Shown in pieces: positions 37,001 to 45,500 of a stretch of 64,000 nucleotides of DNA (positions are counted from its first letter, which is position 1; every line of letters starts with the position of its first letter). The notes below the pieces were generated by a model. It was not told the origin of the DNA and made no database searches. It saw only the letters and a list, made by a program, of their open reading frames with translations. The translations under genes and the position numbers were made by a program. The stretch is from an uncultured Acidimicrobiales bacterium (lineage in GTDB: Bacteria; Actinomycetota; Acidimicrobiia; Acidimicrobiales; CALAML01), in assembly GCA_937925845.1 (NCBI GenBank), contig CALAML010000150.1:8235-72234 (forward strand), in the 5' to 3' direction.

Positions 37001-37374
37001 AGCACGTCGTGGCAGATCATCACCGGCATCGGTTTGTCGTTGCGGGTGGTCACCTCCGTCAGCGCCTTGAGCTCGTGATACACGGTGAACCAGTTGTGGT
37101 CACCGTCGACCAGAGCGACGTCCATCGGCGGCAGGTCATCCAACACATCGAGGCTCAGGGCCCGATGGAAGATGTACTTGCCCGGGAACGCTGCGGCCTG
37201 TTCATCGGGGTCGAACTGCGGCAGTGGATCGATCACGTGGAGCTCGGCCCTGGGGCCGAGGGCGTTGACCATCAGCTCGGTGGTCTCACCGCGCAAGGCC
37301 CCAATCTCCACCATACGGTTGGCGCCAGCGGCGCGGATTACGGGTTCGATGGCAATTTCCCAGAACGGAAACAC
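34084..37374 (-). CDS. 1096-aa four-domain enzyme: class-I methyltransferase, degenerate TylF-like domain, GT2-like glycosyltransferase, CmcI-like methyltransferase
   Basis: N-terminus 'MVEIGALRGETT...LVDGDHNW'. Middle 'DRYLNILKKSLLNAFYIENE...GDFMVVGTDGGGESVFLRGYL...VWVADQF...LLRLNVEAK...GGQIII'. GT2-like 'LSVVVVFYNMKREAARTLHSLS...YEVLVVENGS...FMIDGAH...FHQVHGGTTTN'. C-terminus 'WLGRTIGRPSADLMAYQELMSTSRPDYVIDIG'. Confidence 0.8.
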   Translation of the reverse strand: MFPFWEIAIEPVIRAAGANRMVEIGALRGETTELMVNALGPRAELHVIDPLPQFDPDEQAAAFPGKYIFHRALSLDVLDDLPPMDVALVDGDHNWFTVYHELKALTEVTTRNDKPMPVMICHDVLWPYGRRDLYYAPEQIPDEFRQPWMRRGIVRGRRRLHPRAGFGVNSQLANAVVEGGKRNGVMTAIDDFQKEHPKKIRRVLLPVYFGLLIMVEEEYLEKRPRLAHALDKLERTHTRKQLLEMTEDLRLTDIEYHHNYGVSVANKAQERSADRYLNILKKSLLNAFYIENELRMEHLLMCARRGTTPDRSTLRDPMRALLWKGRELEAKRRSGFPPRTNVADRTAFLPYARMGDYRLDHLRGQLDSLREREVEGDFMVVGTDGGGESVFLRGYLEAWEDEARHVWVADQFRLEDDSVAPTDLNEVREVFARYDLLDDRVHFLQGDLEVTLPSNPIGELALLRLNVEAKHVVSTLTQLYPRVSKGGQIIIERGTEPDIEEALQEFRSEAGITEVLERIDSVSVTWEKEAEAESVDASDEPVVRAAPIPDLRRQAKTCDLSVVVVFYNMKREAARTLHSLSRSYQLGLEDVDYEVLVVENGSKPEEALGEDYVRSFGPEFRYFDLGDEAAPSPVNALNFGVEKSRGDNIGFMIDGAHVLTPGVLSAALTGIATYPPAVITTQQWFVGPGQQSEAMQGGYNQRFEDRLFKEVNWPEDGYRLFNIGHFIGDRDWLDPMIESNCIFLPRSLLEQCGSMDEAFSMAGGGYANLDFYERHTSRPDVKVVTTLGEASFHQVHGGTTTNMPDVGERTRRLVSYRDHYEDLRGVTFRATKKPLHFVGSMGNQAKRTRPRRLLAPAYFVKANPTGADGRPEQAVPIPEELRDGFTHALYNSMSWERTEWLGRTIGRPSADLMAYQELMSTSRPDYVIDIGDPERAWFLATICELIGHGQVLSVVSPDAGDGGGNGDGGDAGSGGDEPTHERLTTLTLDPTAPETIDRLRSVMGDDPNAMLMLSRHNMGQLLRLFGEYSHLVGLNQFAVFEDTIVNGHPVWSGYGAGPAEAVDAIVGSREDFVRETHLDRREAGFIKGGVLQRISQ

Positions 37375-38145
37375 TTAGGGTCCTCCAGCGGAGAGAGTGG
37401 GAGAGGGAACACCGGAAGAACTTCCGGCGCTTGGGGTGCGGGCGGCAACCAGGTTCTGGGCGAACTGGTAGAGCTCTACGTCGGCAGCGTTATCGCGGGC
37501 GATCCGTTGCCGAAGATCATCATCCACGGGCTCGGCCCGGGTGGCGTTGGCGGTGAGTTCGGGGCCAAGATCGATCCCGAAGCGTTGGGTCAGCTCGGCG
37601 CAGAAGTCGTCGAAGGTCTCCTGCAACCCGACCACATCAATCAGCTCAAGCTCGCGCTTGGCTGTCTCCAGCCGCTCGTTGTCGATCGGCTGCACGGTAA
37701 GCATGCCCGCCGGCTGAATCTCATCAACCGTCAGCGAGAACATCTTGGTCATGTGGTTGTGGATCATGCCGTCGAAACGAAACGGATCTTCGTAGATCTC
37801 TTCGAGGCTGAGGTGGGCGTCCGCGGGAAAGAACATCTTGTGATAGCGCAGATACGACAGCGTGCGCTCCACCGGATCCCGCAACACCGTGAAGGTGGTG
37901 AAGTCGGCGTCGAGCAGTTCGACGGTGGCGAGGGGGAAGTGACCGGCCACCACCTTGATGTCGTCGCCGCGCTGATGCCAACGATCAACCAGATGGTCGA
38001 CCATGATCGTCCGCTGGTCGCGGGCACCATCGAGTTCGTCGCAGGGATAGACCGCGGTATCTCCAAAGGCATGACGCAACCGCATCAGCAGGCTGGTGCC
38101 CGCCGTCTTTTGCAGATGCACATAGAAGAACCGCTCGTCGGTCAT
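37375..38145 (-). CDS. sulfotransferase (Sulfotransfer_2-like, paralog 1)
   Basis: N-terminal 'FFYVHLQKTAGTSL' matches the FxHIPKTGGTS PAPS-binding loop. 'TVLRDPVERTLSYL' matches the 3'-phosphate-binding RDPxxR(x)xS motif. Confidence 0.75.
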   Translation of the reverse strand: MTDERFFYVHLQKTAGTSLLMRLRHAFGDTAVYPCDELDGARDQRTIMVDHLVDRWHQRGDDIKVVAGHFPLATVELLDADFTTFTVLRDPVERTLSYLRYHKMFFPADAHLSLEEIYEDPFRFDGMIHNHMTKMFSLTVDEIQPAGMLTVQPIDNERLETAKRELELIDVVGLQETFDDFCAELTQRFGIDLGPELTANATRAEPVDDDLRQRIARDNAADVELYQFAQNLVAARTPSAGSSSGVPSPTLSAGGP

Positions 38146-38147
38146 GG

Positions 38148-38882
38148 TTATGCGCCACCACCATTGGTCGATTCCCGGTGGTAGCGGGCGCGCGCTGCTT
38201 CGTAAAACGCAATGTCCGCCGCATTGTCCACGGTGATTCGTTCCCTCAATCCCGCCGGCAGGTCGAATGGGTCACTTACATGAATGTTCGGCACTTCATC
38301 GAAGGACCAGCCATAGAGATCGGTCATGGTCTGCATCAGGAAGCCGAGATCATCAGTGAACCCAACGTGGTCGACCTCGTCAAGATGAACCAGCGCGGTT
38401 TGCACCCGGGCCTCGTCCACGTCGATCACATCCATGTACGACTCGAGCTTGTCGGAGCGGTCCATGGCGAAGATCTTCACCTGGTGGTTGTGCATGAAGC
38501 ACTTGAAGTAGAACTCGTCGTCGTAGATCTCGTCGAGTGGCATGTTGGCGTGCTGGGCGTGGGTGACGCTGGCGTGCTTCAGATAGGAGATGATGCGGTC
38601 GACCGGGTCTCGCAGGATCGTGAAGGTGATCGGCTTGCGGGGCAGCATCTGGCTGGCGATATACGGGAAGTGCCCGGTGTAGGCACGGGTTCCGGCGTGT
38701 TGCTCCTCGGAGCGGCCCAGCAGGTACTGGATCGACGTGTTGGCGTGGAACATGTCGTCCACCCGCTTGATCGGGTAGACCTCGCCGTCGGCGAAGTTGT
38801 TGTACACGTGCTGGCGGAACGTCGCCCCGGCGGTCTTCATCACGTGGACAAAAAAGAATGGCTGATCAGTCGGTTCGCTCAC
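38148..38882 (-). CDS. sulfotransferase (Sulfotransfer_2-like, paralog 2)
   Basis: 'FFFVHVMKTAGATF' and 'TILRDPVDRIISYL'. Paralogous to 37375..38145. Confidence 0.75.
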   Translation of the reverse strand: MSEPTDQPFFFVHVMKTAGATFRQHVYNNFADGEVYPIKRVDDMFHANTSIQYLLGRSEEQHAGTRAYTGHFPYIASQMLPRKPITFTILRDPVDRIISYLKHASVTHAQHANMPLDEIYDDEFYFKCFMHNHQVKIFAMDRSDKLESYMDVIDVDEARVQTALVHLDEVDHVGFTDDLGFLMQTMTDLYGWSFDEVPNIHVSDPFDLPAGLRERITVDNAADIAFYEAARARYHRESTNGGGA

Positions 38883-40426
38883 GCGGGTACTTCCGTCGGT
38901 TGGTGTGCGGCAGGTGGATGGATGCGCTCCCAGACTCCCTGGGCCACGGCGTCGGGTAGCCAGGTCAGCGTGCGGAGGCGTTCTTCGGTGAGCTCGGCCA
39001 AGCCGGCCGGCCCCCCAACTTCGTCGAGCAGGCGGGCCCGGCGCTTGGTGCCCAGTCCGGCGATGCCCGATAGATCGGGTTCAGACAGGTCGGATTCAGA
39101 CAGATCGGATTCAGACAGAGCGGGCTCGGACAGATCGATGACCGATTCGGCCGGCTGTGCTGGCTCTGCTGGCTCGGCCTCATCGATAGCTTCGACCTCA
39201 GCGAGTTCTTCGAGTTCTTCGAGTTCTTCGAGCTCATCGGCCTCTTCGGCGGGGCCGGTGGCCAGGAGTTCGGCATGGGCCTGGATCCTCTCGAACACCA
39301 CTTCGGCCACGTCAGCGCCGAGCCAGTCCAGCTCGGCCAGGTGCTCCCGGGTTGCGGTCGACACGCCCGACACCCCGCCCAGTTCCTCGACCAGCCGTTT
39401 GCGCTTCGTGGGGCCGAGACCATCGATGTCGTCGAAGAGTTCGCGCTTGCGGGCCCGGGACCGAGCCGTTGGGTTGGCGTCGGCCCAGCGCTCCTCCAGG
39501 CGGTGCTGGTACACCTTTTGTTCCAGCACATTGGCGTCGGCGATGGTGACGTTGTCGAATCGATTCGGGTCGAACGGAACGACGGTGAACCGCTTGCGCT
39601 TCCAGTAGTACTGGTAGGCCGTTCCCTCCCACCCCTCGTAGATCTCTTCCCAGCTCAAACGGCCGAAGTGGGGCTCCAGCACCAGATCGGTGAGCTCCTC
39701 GCGCTCGGGCTGGAATCGGAAGTCGACCGAGAGCCGCATCTGATCGCGGGTGGAGTTGTTGAGCGCAGCGTGCATGGTGTGCGAGCTAAACAGCAGCAGG
39801 TCGCCGACCCGATATTCGGCGGTGAGCCAATGGAGCTTGCGCAGCTCCGGCGACAGCGAACCCCTCCGGTTGCCGGACCCGAGCGAGAACTCGAGGGGCT
39901 GAACCCCGTGAAGATGCGAGCCCGGCAGCACGGCCAGGCCGCCGAGCGAATGGGGTACGTCGCTCAGCGGCACCCACGCGGTGGTCAACAACGCGGTGCC
40001 CTGGTTGTTCGGATAGTCCTGGTGGGGCGGTGTCGAGATCTCCCAGTTGTTGGGGAACACCAAGCGGGCCACCTTCAAGGGATGGGGAAACGCCGACGGC
40101 CCCACCACGTCGCGCATCACGTTCATCAGCGGGCGGCTGTGAGCCAGGCTGTGAAAGGTCTCCAAGCGCTGGATGTCGTCGTACACCCGCAGGTATTCCT
40201 CGTCACCCTCGCGCACCGGTCGGATCGCCGCGCTCGACCGCCTCAGCCAACCGTGGTGGCGAAGCACCTTGGTCATCTCGCGGTGCACCGTGCGCACCCG
40301 GCCGGGCCGCAAAACCTCGCGGAAGAACAGGTAGCCGTCGGTGAGCATCCGATGGCGCAACAGGTTTGGTTCGCCCAGCAAGTCGTTCGACTCGACCAGG
40401 TCGCCAAAAGCCCAGACGTTATTCAC
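38879..40426 (-). CDS. PhyH-family dioxygenase fused to two UvrC-like helix-hairpin-helix modules separated by an acidic repeat linker
   Basis: N-terminus 'PPHQDYP' (HxD), 'GGLAVLPGSH' and 'SHTMHAA'. C-terminus 'IDGLGPTKRKRLVEELGGVSGVSTATREHLAELDWLGADVAEVVFERI' and 'IAGLGTKRRARLLDEVGGPAGLAELTEERLRTLTWLPDAVAQGVWERI'. Confidence 0.8.
   Translation of the reverse strand: MNNVWAFGDLVESNDLLGEPNLLRHRMLTDGYLFFREVLRPGRVRTVHREMTKVLRHHGWLRRSSAAIRPVREGDEEYLRVYDDIQRLETFHSLAHSRPLMNVMRDVVGPSAFPHPLKVARLVFPNNWEISTPPHQDYPNNQGTALLTTAWVPLSDVPHSLGGLAVLPGSHLHGVQPLEFSLGSGNRRGSLSPELRKLHWLTAEYRVGDLLLFSSHTMHAALNNSTRDQMRLSVDFRFQPEREELTDLVLEPHFGRLSWEEIYEGWEGTAYQYYWKRKRFTVVPFDPNRFDNVTIADANVLEQKVYQHRLEERWADANPTARSRARKRELFDDIDGLGPTKRKRLVEELGGVSGVSTATREHLAELDWLGADVAEVVFERIQAHAELLATGPAEEADELEELEELEELAEVEAIDEAEPAEPAQPAESVIDLSEPALSESDLSESDLSEPDLSGIAGLGTKRRARLLDEVGGPAGLAELTEERLRTLTWLPDAVAQGVWERIHPPAAHQPTEVPA
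39076..39238 (-). repeat. in-frame coding microsatellites in the PhyH-HhH linker (15-bp x4 encoding (D/A)LSE(S/P); 9-bp x4 encoding ELE)
   Basis: 15-bp units at 39076-39135 (cggRttcagacagRt). 9-bp gagttcttc units at 39203-39238. Degenerate gctggctc units lie between them. All periods are multiples of 3. Confidence 0.85.
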
Positions 40427-40438
40427 CCCGACCTCCCC

Positions 40439-42340
40439 TCACCGCAACCGCCCCCGCACCCGTTGGGCCACATCGCGGATCAAACCCGGCTGAATCAGGC
40501 CGGGGACCCGATCAGCGCCAGCGCCCCCACGAGCAACATCCTCAGCAGCAGTATCCTCAGCAGTAATGCCGTGGATCTCGCCCCGGGCCTGACCCTGATA
40601 GTGAGCCAGCAGGGCGGCGCGTGACTTGGCCAGGGCCGCGGTGAAGTCGGCCGAGAACGACGCGGCCCCGACCGCCGCCGGATGAAGATGGCCCATCACC
40701 AACGGGGCGCGCGCCGGCGCGGCGTAGGGCGCGCCGCGGATGTGTTCATACTGCAACCGATACCGGTCGACCTTGGCCGCCCGGTCGCTGCGGGTGGTGT
40801 TCGTCGTGGTTCCCCCATGAGCCTGATGAAAAGTACCCTCCCCCATGATGGTCACATAACACCCACCGGGCAACATCGTCGACCGGTGAAAGAGATCCAA
40901 ATTTAGAAAACCACCGGCCGGATCGTCGAATCGAGCATCGACGCCGCCCATGGCATCCCACATCTCGCGGGTCAGGGAGAGGAAGTTGGTCTCGAACAGC
41001 TCATCGAACCAACCGGCCCCGGAGTCGCCAACAAAAACGGCGGCCTCAAAGAGTCGGTAGCCATCGTCGAGCCAACCGATCCGATCCAGCAAGGGTCCGT
41101 GATCGAGCCCAGCTTCCGCAGCTGCGAAGGCATCAACCTGCTGGCGATCCCCCAGGAAGAACCGATGGAACGCCACCACGGCAGCCGGTTCGGTCGCAGC
41201 AGCCCGCAGACACCAGCTCACCACTCGCGGCGAGAGGAGATGGGCGCCATCGATCATGATCGCCAGACGGTCGGCGGTCGATGCGGCCACCCCCCGTTCG
41301 ATGGCCTCCGCCAGGCTGGCCTCCCCCACATCGAGTCGCACCAGGCGCACCGACTCGTCGTCGGCCAGATCCGGTGGCAACACCAAAGGAGTGGGCGAAC
41401 CGTTGTCGACGGCCACCACTTCGATTTGGCCCGGCTCAACGCCGCGCTGGTAGGGCGCCAACGCACTCCGGATCGACCGGACCGCTTGGTCAGCCATGTC
41501 GAAGCTGATGTGGACGATGCTCAACGCCGGCGACGGTGCCGGGTCGGCTGTTTCTGTTGCGGCTGTTGTTGCAGACCGACCGGGCCCGAACCGCTGATGG
41601 TCGGCCTCGAGCAGGCGGGCCGACAATTCGTCGACCTGGCGAGCCAAGCGCCCGATCCGCTGGCGGGCCGCTTCAGCGCCGGCATCTCGAGCCTCAAGCG
41701 TGGTGTTGCGGAGGGCAGCTCGGACTGCAGAGTCGGCGACAACCGGTGCGCACCGATCGATGATCGTCGACCGAAGTTGATCGATCGACGGGTGGGCCGA
41801 CGCCCGCACCAACACCCGGAACCCGCCACCACCGGGCACCTCAAAGCCATCCCAACCAGGCGCACCGGAAAGCGAGTCGGCTACCGCCGCAGCCACGGTG
41901 AACGGCCCGACGTCGTCGCGCCACCGCAACTCAGGTCGAGCCCCATGGGCCACCAGGTCGCCGGTGAAGGGATGAACACCAACATCGTCGGACGGCTCGG
42001 ACGGGTCGACCCGATCTGCCGCCCGCACGTCGAAGGGGAACCCGACGTTGCCGATGATCAGGGTGTCGAAGCGATCAGCGGCCAGCACCCTGCGAGCGAT
42101 GGTAGCCACCTCCTCGCCGCTCACCGGATCCCAGATGATCACGGCTCGACCCTCGCTGGCGTTCGGGTCATCCCACTCGCGGGCCCACCCGCGGGCGTGA
42201 GTCCAGCTGCTCAGCCCCCCAGGCGTGCTCTCCCAGGCGACCCACGACGCCGGGTGCACCACAATCCCAGCGGCGTGACCAAGGCTCTCGGCGATGATCG
42301 CCGCCACCTCGGATGCGACAAAATGCTCGAGCGGCCCCAC
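40439..42340 (-). CDS. 633-aa protein: unknown N-terminal ~270 aa plus GT2-like domain paralogous to the one in the 1096-aa enzyme
   Basis: 'LSIVHISFDMADQAVRSIRS...IEVVAVDNGS...IMIDGAHLL...DDGYRLFEAAVF...FHQAHGGTTTN' aligns motif for motif with 34084..37374. Confidence 0.7.
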   Translation of the reverse strand: MGPLEHFVASEVAAIIAESLGHAAGIVVHPASWVAWESTPGGLSSWTHARGWAREWDDPNASEGRAVIIWDPVSGEEVATIARRVLAADRFDTLIIGNVGFPFDVRAADRVDPSEPSDDVGVHPFTGDLVAHGARPELRWRDDVGPFTVAAAVADSLSGAPGWDGFEVPGGGGFRVLVRASAHPSIDQLRSTIIDRCAPVVADSAVRAALRNTTLEARDAGAEAARQRIGRLARQVDELSARLLEADHQRFGPGRSATTAATETADPAPSPALSIVHISFDMADQAVRSIRSALAPYQRGVEPGQIEVVAVDNGSPTPLVLPPDLADDESVRLVRLDVGEASLAEAIERGVAASTADRLAIMIDGAHLLSPRVVSWCLRAAATEPAAVVAFHRFFLGDRQQVDAFAAAEAGLDHGPLLDRIGWLDDGYRLFEAAVFVGDSGAGWFDELFETNFLSLTREMWDAMGGVDARFDDPAGGFLNLDLFHRSTMLPGGCYVTIMGEGTFHQAHGGTTTNTTRSDRAAKVDRYRLQYEHIRGAPYAAPARAPLVMGHLHPAAVGAASFSADFTAALAKSRAALLAHYQGQARGEIHGITAEDTAAEDVARGGAGADRVPGLIQPGLIRDVAQRVRGRLR

Positions 42341-42502
42341 CCGTGGAGAGAGTACCGGACGCCCAGATTTTCTTCCTCTTATGAACCCTTCTCATGCTTT
42401 GAATAGGGCTCACGATGGCTCCGAATTTGTCAAACGCCGTTTCCGCGTAGATCCTTGTGTTTCAGCACACGCTTTTCTTGATGCCCAGATGTCGAGGTTT
42501 GG

Positions 42503-45500
42503 GTGACTGCAGCGAGGGATGGGAGCGCGGACGTGTATCTGGTTTTAGGGGCGCATCGGAGTGGAACATCGGCTGTTGCCGGTGCGCTCGCGGAGTTGGG
42601 CCTGGATGTTGGGGAGCCCTTGCTGGCCGCGAACTCGGCTAACCCCACGGGCTACTACGAGCTTGAGAGTCTGGTCGACTTCCACGAGTCGGCCCTGCGA
42701 ACGATGAACCGATCCTGGGACGACCCGCGCCCGATCCGGTTGCGTTCGCTGGCTCCAGCCGATCGTGAGACGGCCAAGCGCAAGGCTGGCACCCTGTTGG
42801 CCAACACCTTCGGCGACGACACCACCAAAGCCCTGATCAAGGACCCGCGGCAGTGTCGCCTGCTCGGACTGTGGGACAAGGCCCTGGAGGCCCACGACCC
42901 CCACTACATCCTGGTGCATCGGCCCGCCGCCGAGGTGGCTGGCTCGATGGCCAAGCAGTGGGGTACCTCGCCCGAGCGAGCTGGCCTGCTGTGGCTGGTC
43001 CACGTGCTCGATGCCGAGGCTTCGACACGAGGCCAGACCCGAGCGCTGCTCTCCTATGACCAGCTGCTGCGCCAACCTCTCGACACCCTCAAGCATCTCG
43101 GCCGGTCCCTCGGAACCACCTGGCCCATCCCCCCGGCGGCAGCCAAAGATGCTCTCACCACCTTCCTGCAGCCCAAGATGCGCCACCACCGAAGCAACAA
43201 GCCGGACTTCGGCGACCTGGCACCCATCATCGACCAACTCGAGGCCGCCCTGGACCGAGGCAGCGACGACGACACCTTCCACGCGGTGGTCGACCGCTGC
43301 CGAGCCAAGACCGCGGTGCAGCTGGCCAAGCTTGACGATGCCGCCTTCGAGCACGCCAACTCCCTGGCGCGACGCAACGCCGACGAGATCATCCGGATGG
43401 ACGGCCGACTCGATGAACAGTCGGGCTGGCTGAAAACCCTCAGCGGCCAAGTCGAAGACATTGAAGGAAAACTCGCCGGCCAAGGCAACGCCAGCAACGG
43501 AAACGGCAACGCCGGAGGTGGCGGCAACAGCTCATCGTCGGACGAGCCGAGCGAGATCGCCAAGCTGGCTTTCAAGGTTGACGACGCCGCATCGAAGACC
43601 GCCAAGTTCGAGATGCGACTTCGTGAGCTGGCCACCCGCAAGGAAGTCCGCCAGCTCGCCGGCAAAGTCGACAAGCTGACCAAAGCGGCGGCCGACACAC
43701 CAGAGCCAGCGCAGGTTCAACCCGGCAAGAACAACGGAGCGGGCCAGAACAAGGGAGCCGGCAACGGCGCATCGGGACCGAACAAAGCGGCTCCGATGAA
43801 CCTGGTACGCAAGGTGCAACAGCAGCTCAACATCCTCGGCGACCGAGTCGAGTCACTCGAGGCCGCAGGGCGGGTGCGGGCCAACCGATCGGCGGCCGCA
43901 GGCTCGACCGCCGACCTCCAACGCGAGCTCGACGAAGCCCACCGGCTTCTTGGCGAGCACCAGAAATGGCTCCAGCAGCTGGCTAAGGACGTGCGCGAGC
44001 TGCGAGCCGCGGACGTTGAGCAGCAAAAGTGGCTCAAACAGATCTCCCACGACGCGGGCGAGAACTCCGGCCACATCGTGCGAATCCAGCGGGAAATTAC
44101 GCCGACAGCCCCGGCCCCGCTCGTTCGCCGGGTCGCGGCCCGCACCTCAAGAGTGCCCCGGGCCCAAGTAAAGAGATGGCGGGTCAACCGCATGAGAGAT
44201 TTGGCGCCGGCAAACCCTACGATCGGCCAGGAGACAATGGGCAGACTCCTGGCCGGTACCCAACCCAAAGAGCCGACAACACCCCTTCGTGATCTGTCGT
44301 TCGGTCGTTCCGACGAACCGACCCTCTCGATCGTCATCGCCGCCTACAACCAGTTCGACCTGACAGCCCGGGCTCTCGCTTCGATCTTCGAAAACCCAGC
44401 CAGCGCCGAAGTCGAGATCATCCTCGCCGATGACGGCAGCACCGACCCCAACATGGCGCGGTTCAACGACGTACCGGGGCTCACCGTGGTGCGTTCCGAG
44501 GAGAACCGTGGCTTTCTCAAGACGGTCAACGCGGCCGCAGCCGAAGCCAGAGGCGACTACCTCCTGCTGTTGAACAACGACGCCTTCGTAACGCCGGGTT
44601 GCCTCGACGCGATGCTGATGACCTTTGTCGACCAGCGCAACGTGGGTGTGGTCGGCGCCAAGCTCCTGAACCCGAGCGGTTCGGTCCAAGAGGCCGGCGG
44701 CATCGTCTGGGCCGATGGTTCGGCCTGGAACTACGGCCGAGGGCTCCACCCGGAAGAACCGGTTCTGAACTACAGCCGCACCGTCGACTACGTCTCGGGC
44801 GCGGCGCTGATGATCGTGCGTGAGATCTGGGATTCACTGTCCGGTTTCGACCCAGCCTATGCCCCGGCGTACTACGAAGACACCGACCTCTGTATGCGGG
44901 TTAACCAGCTCGACCTGCGGGTGGTTTATCAGTCGGCGGCTGCGGTGGTACACAACGAGGGTTCTTCCTACGGCACCGATGAGACCTTCGACGGCAAGCG
45001 CTACCAGACCGTGAACCAGGCCACCTTCATCGAGCGCTGGGGCAAGGAGCTGAGCAATCGGAGGTCCAACGGTGAGGCTCCGGAGCTCGAAAAGGAGCGC
45101 TCGGTCAACCACCGCACGCTGGTGATCGACGCCCGGATGCTCTACCCCGACCGCGACTCGGGCTCGCTGCGGATGCAGCGCCTGCTGCGAGAGATTGGGC
45201 GTTGCGGATCGAAGCCAACCTTCCTGCCGCTGAACCTCAAAATCGAGGAACCCTATGCCACCGACCTCGGCGCCCTCGGTGTTGAGGTGTGGGGCGATCC
45301 CTTCGTGAAGTCAGTTGAGGAGTACCTGGTTGAGCGCGGTCACCTCTATGACCGCATCGTGCTCAGCCGGGTTGAGGTGGCTGACGCCTGTCTCGAGAAG
45401 GTGCGCCAGCACTGCCCTAACGCCACGGTCGTCTTCGACACGGTCGACCTGCACTTCCTACGGCTCGAACGAGAACTGAACGTACGGGGCTCGCTGGCGG

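Noticed and set aside
36160-38184. Long ORFs antisense to confidently assigned genes. Examples: 36160..38184 (+), 38178..39608 (+), 39275..40624 (+), 41099..42406 (+), 18965..20023 (-), 18010..18858 (-), 4581..5831 (-), 25979..26932 (+), 27477..28409 (+), 51064..52443 (+), 52630..53397 (+), 57020..58192 (+), 59478..60695 (-), 60527..61267 (-), 31249..32181 (-), 28804..29712 (-), 54083..54913 (-).
   Set aside because: These are shadow ORFs of a high-GC genome. Their translations are Arg/Gly/Pro/His-rich with no recognisable motif. The opposite-strand ORFs carry clear family signatures and operon-style coupling.
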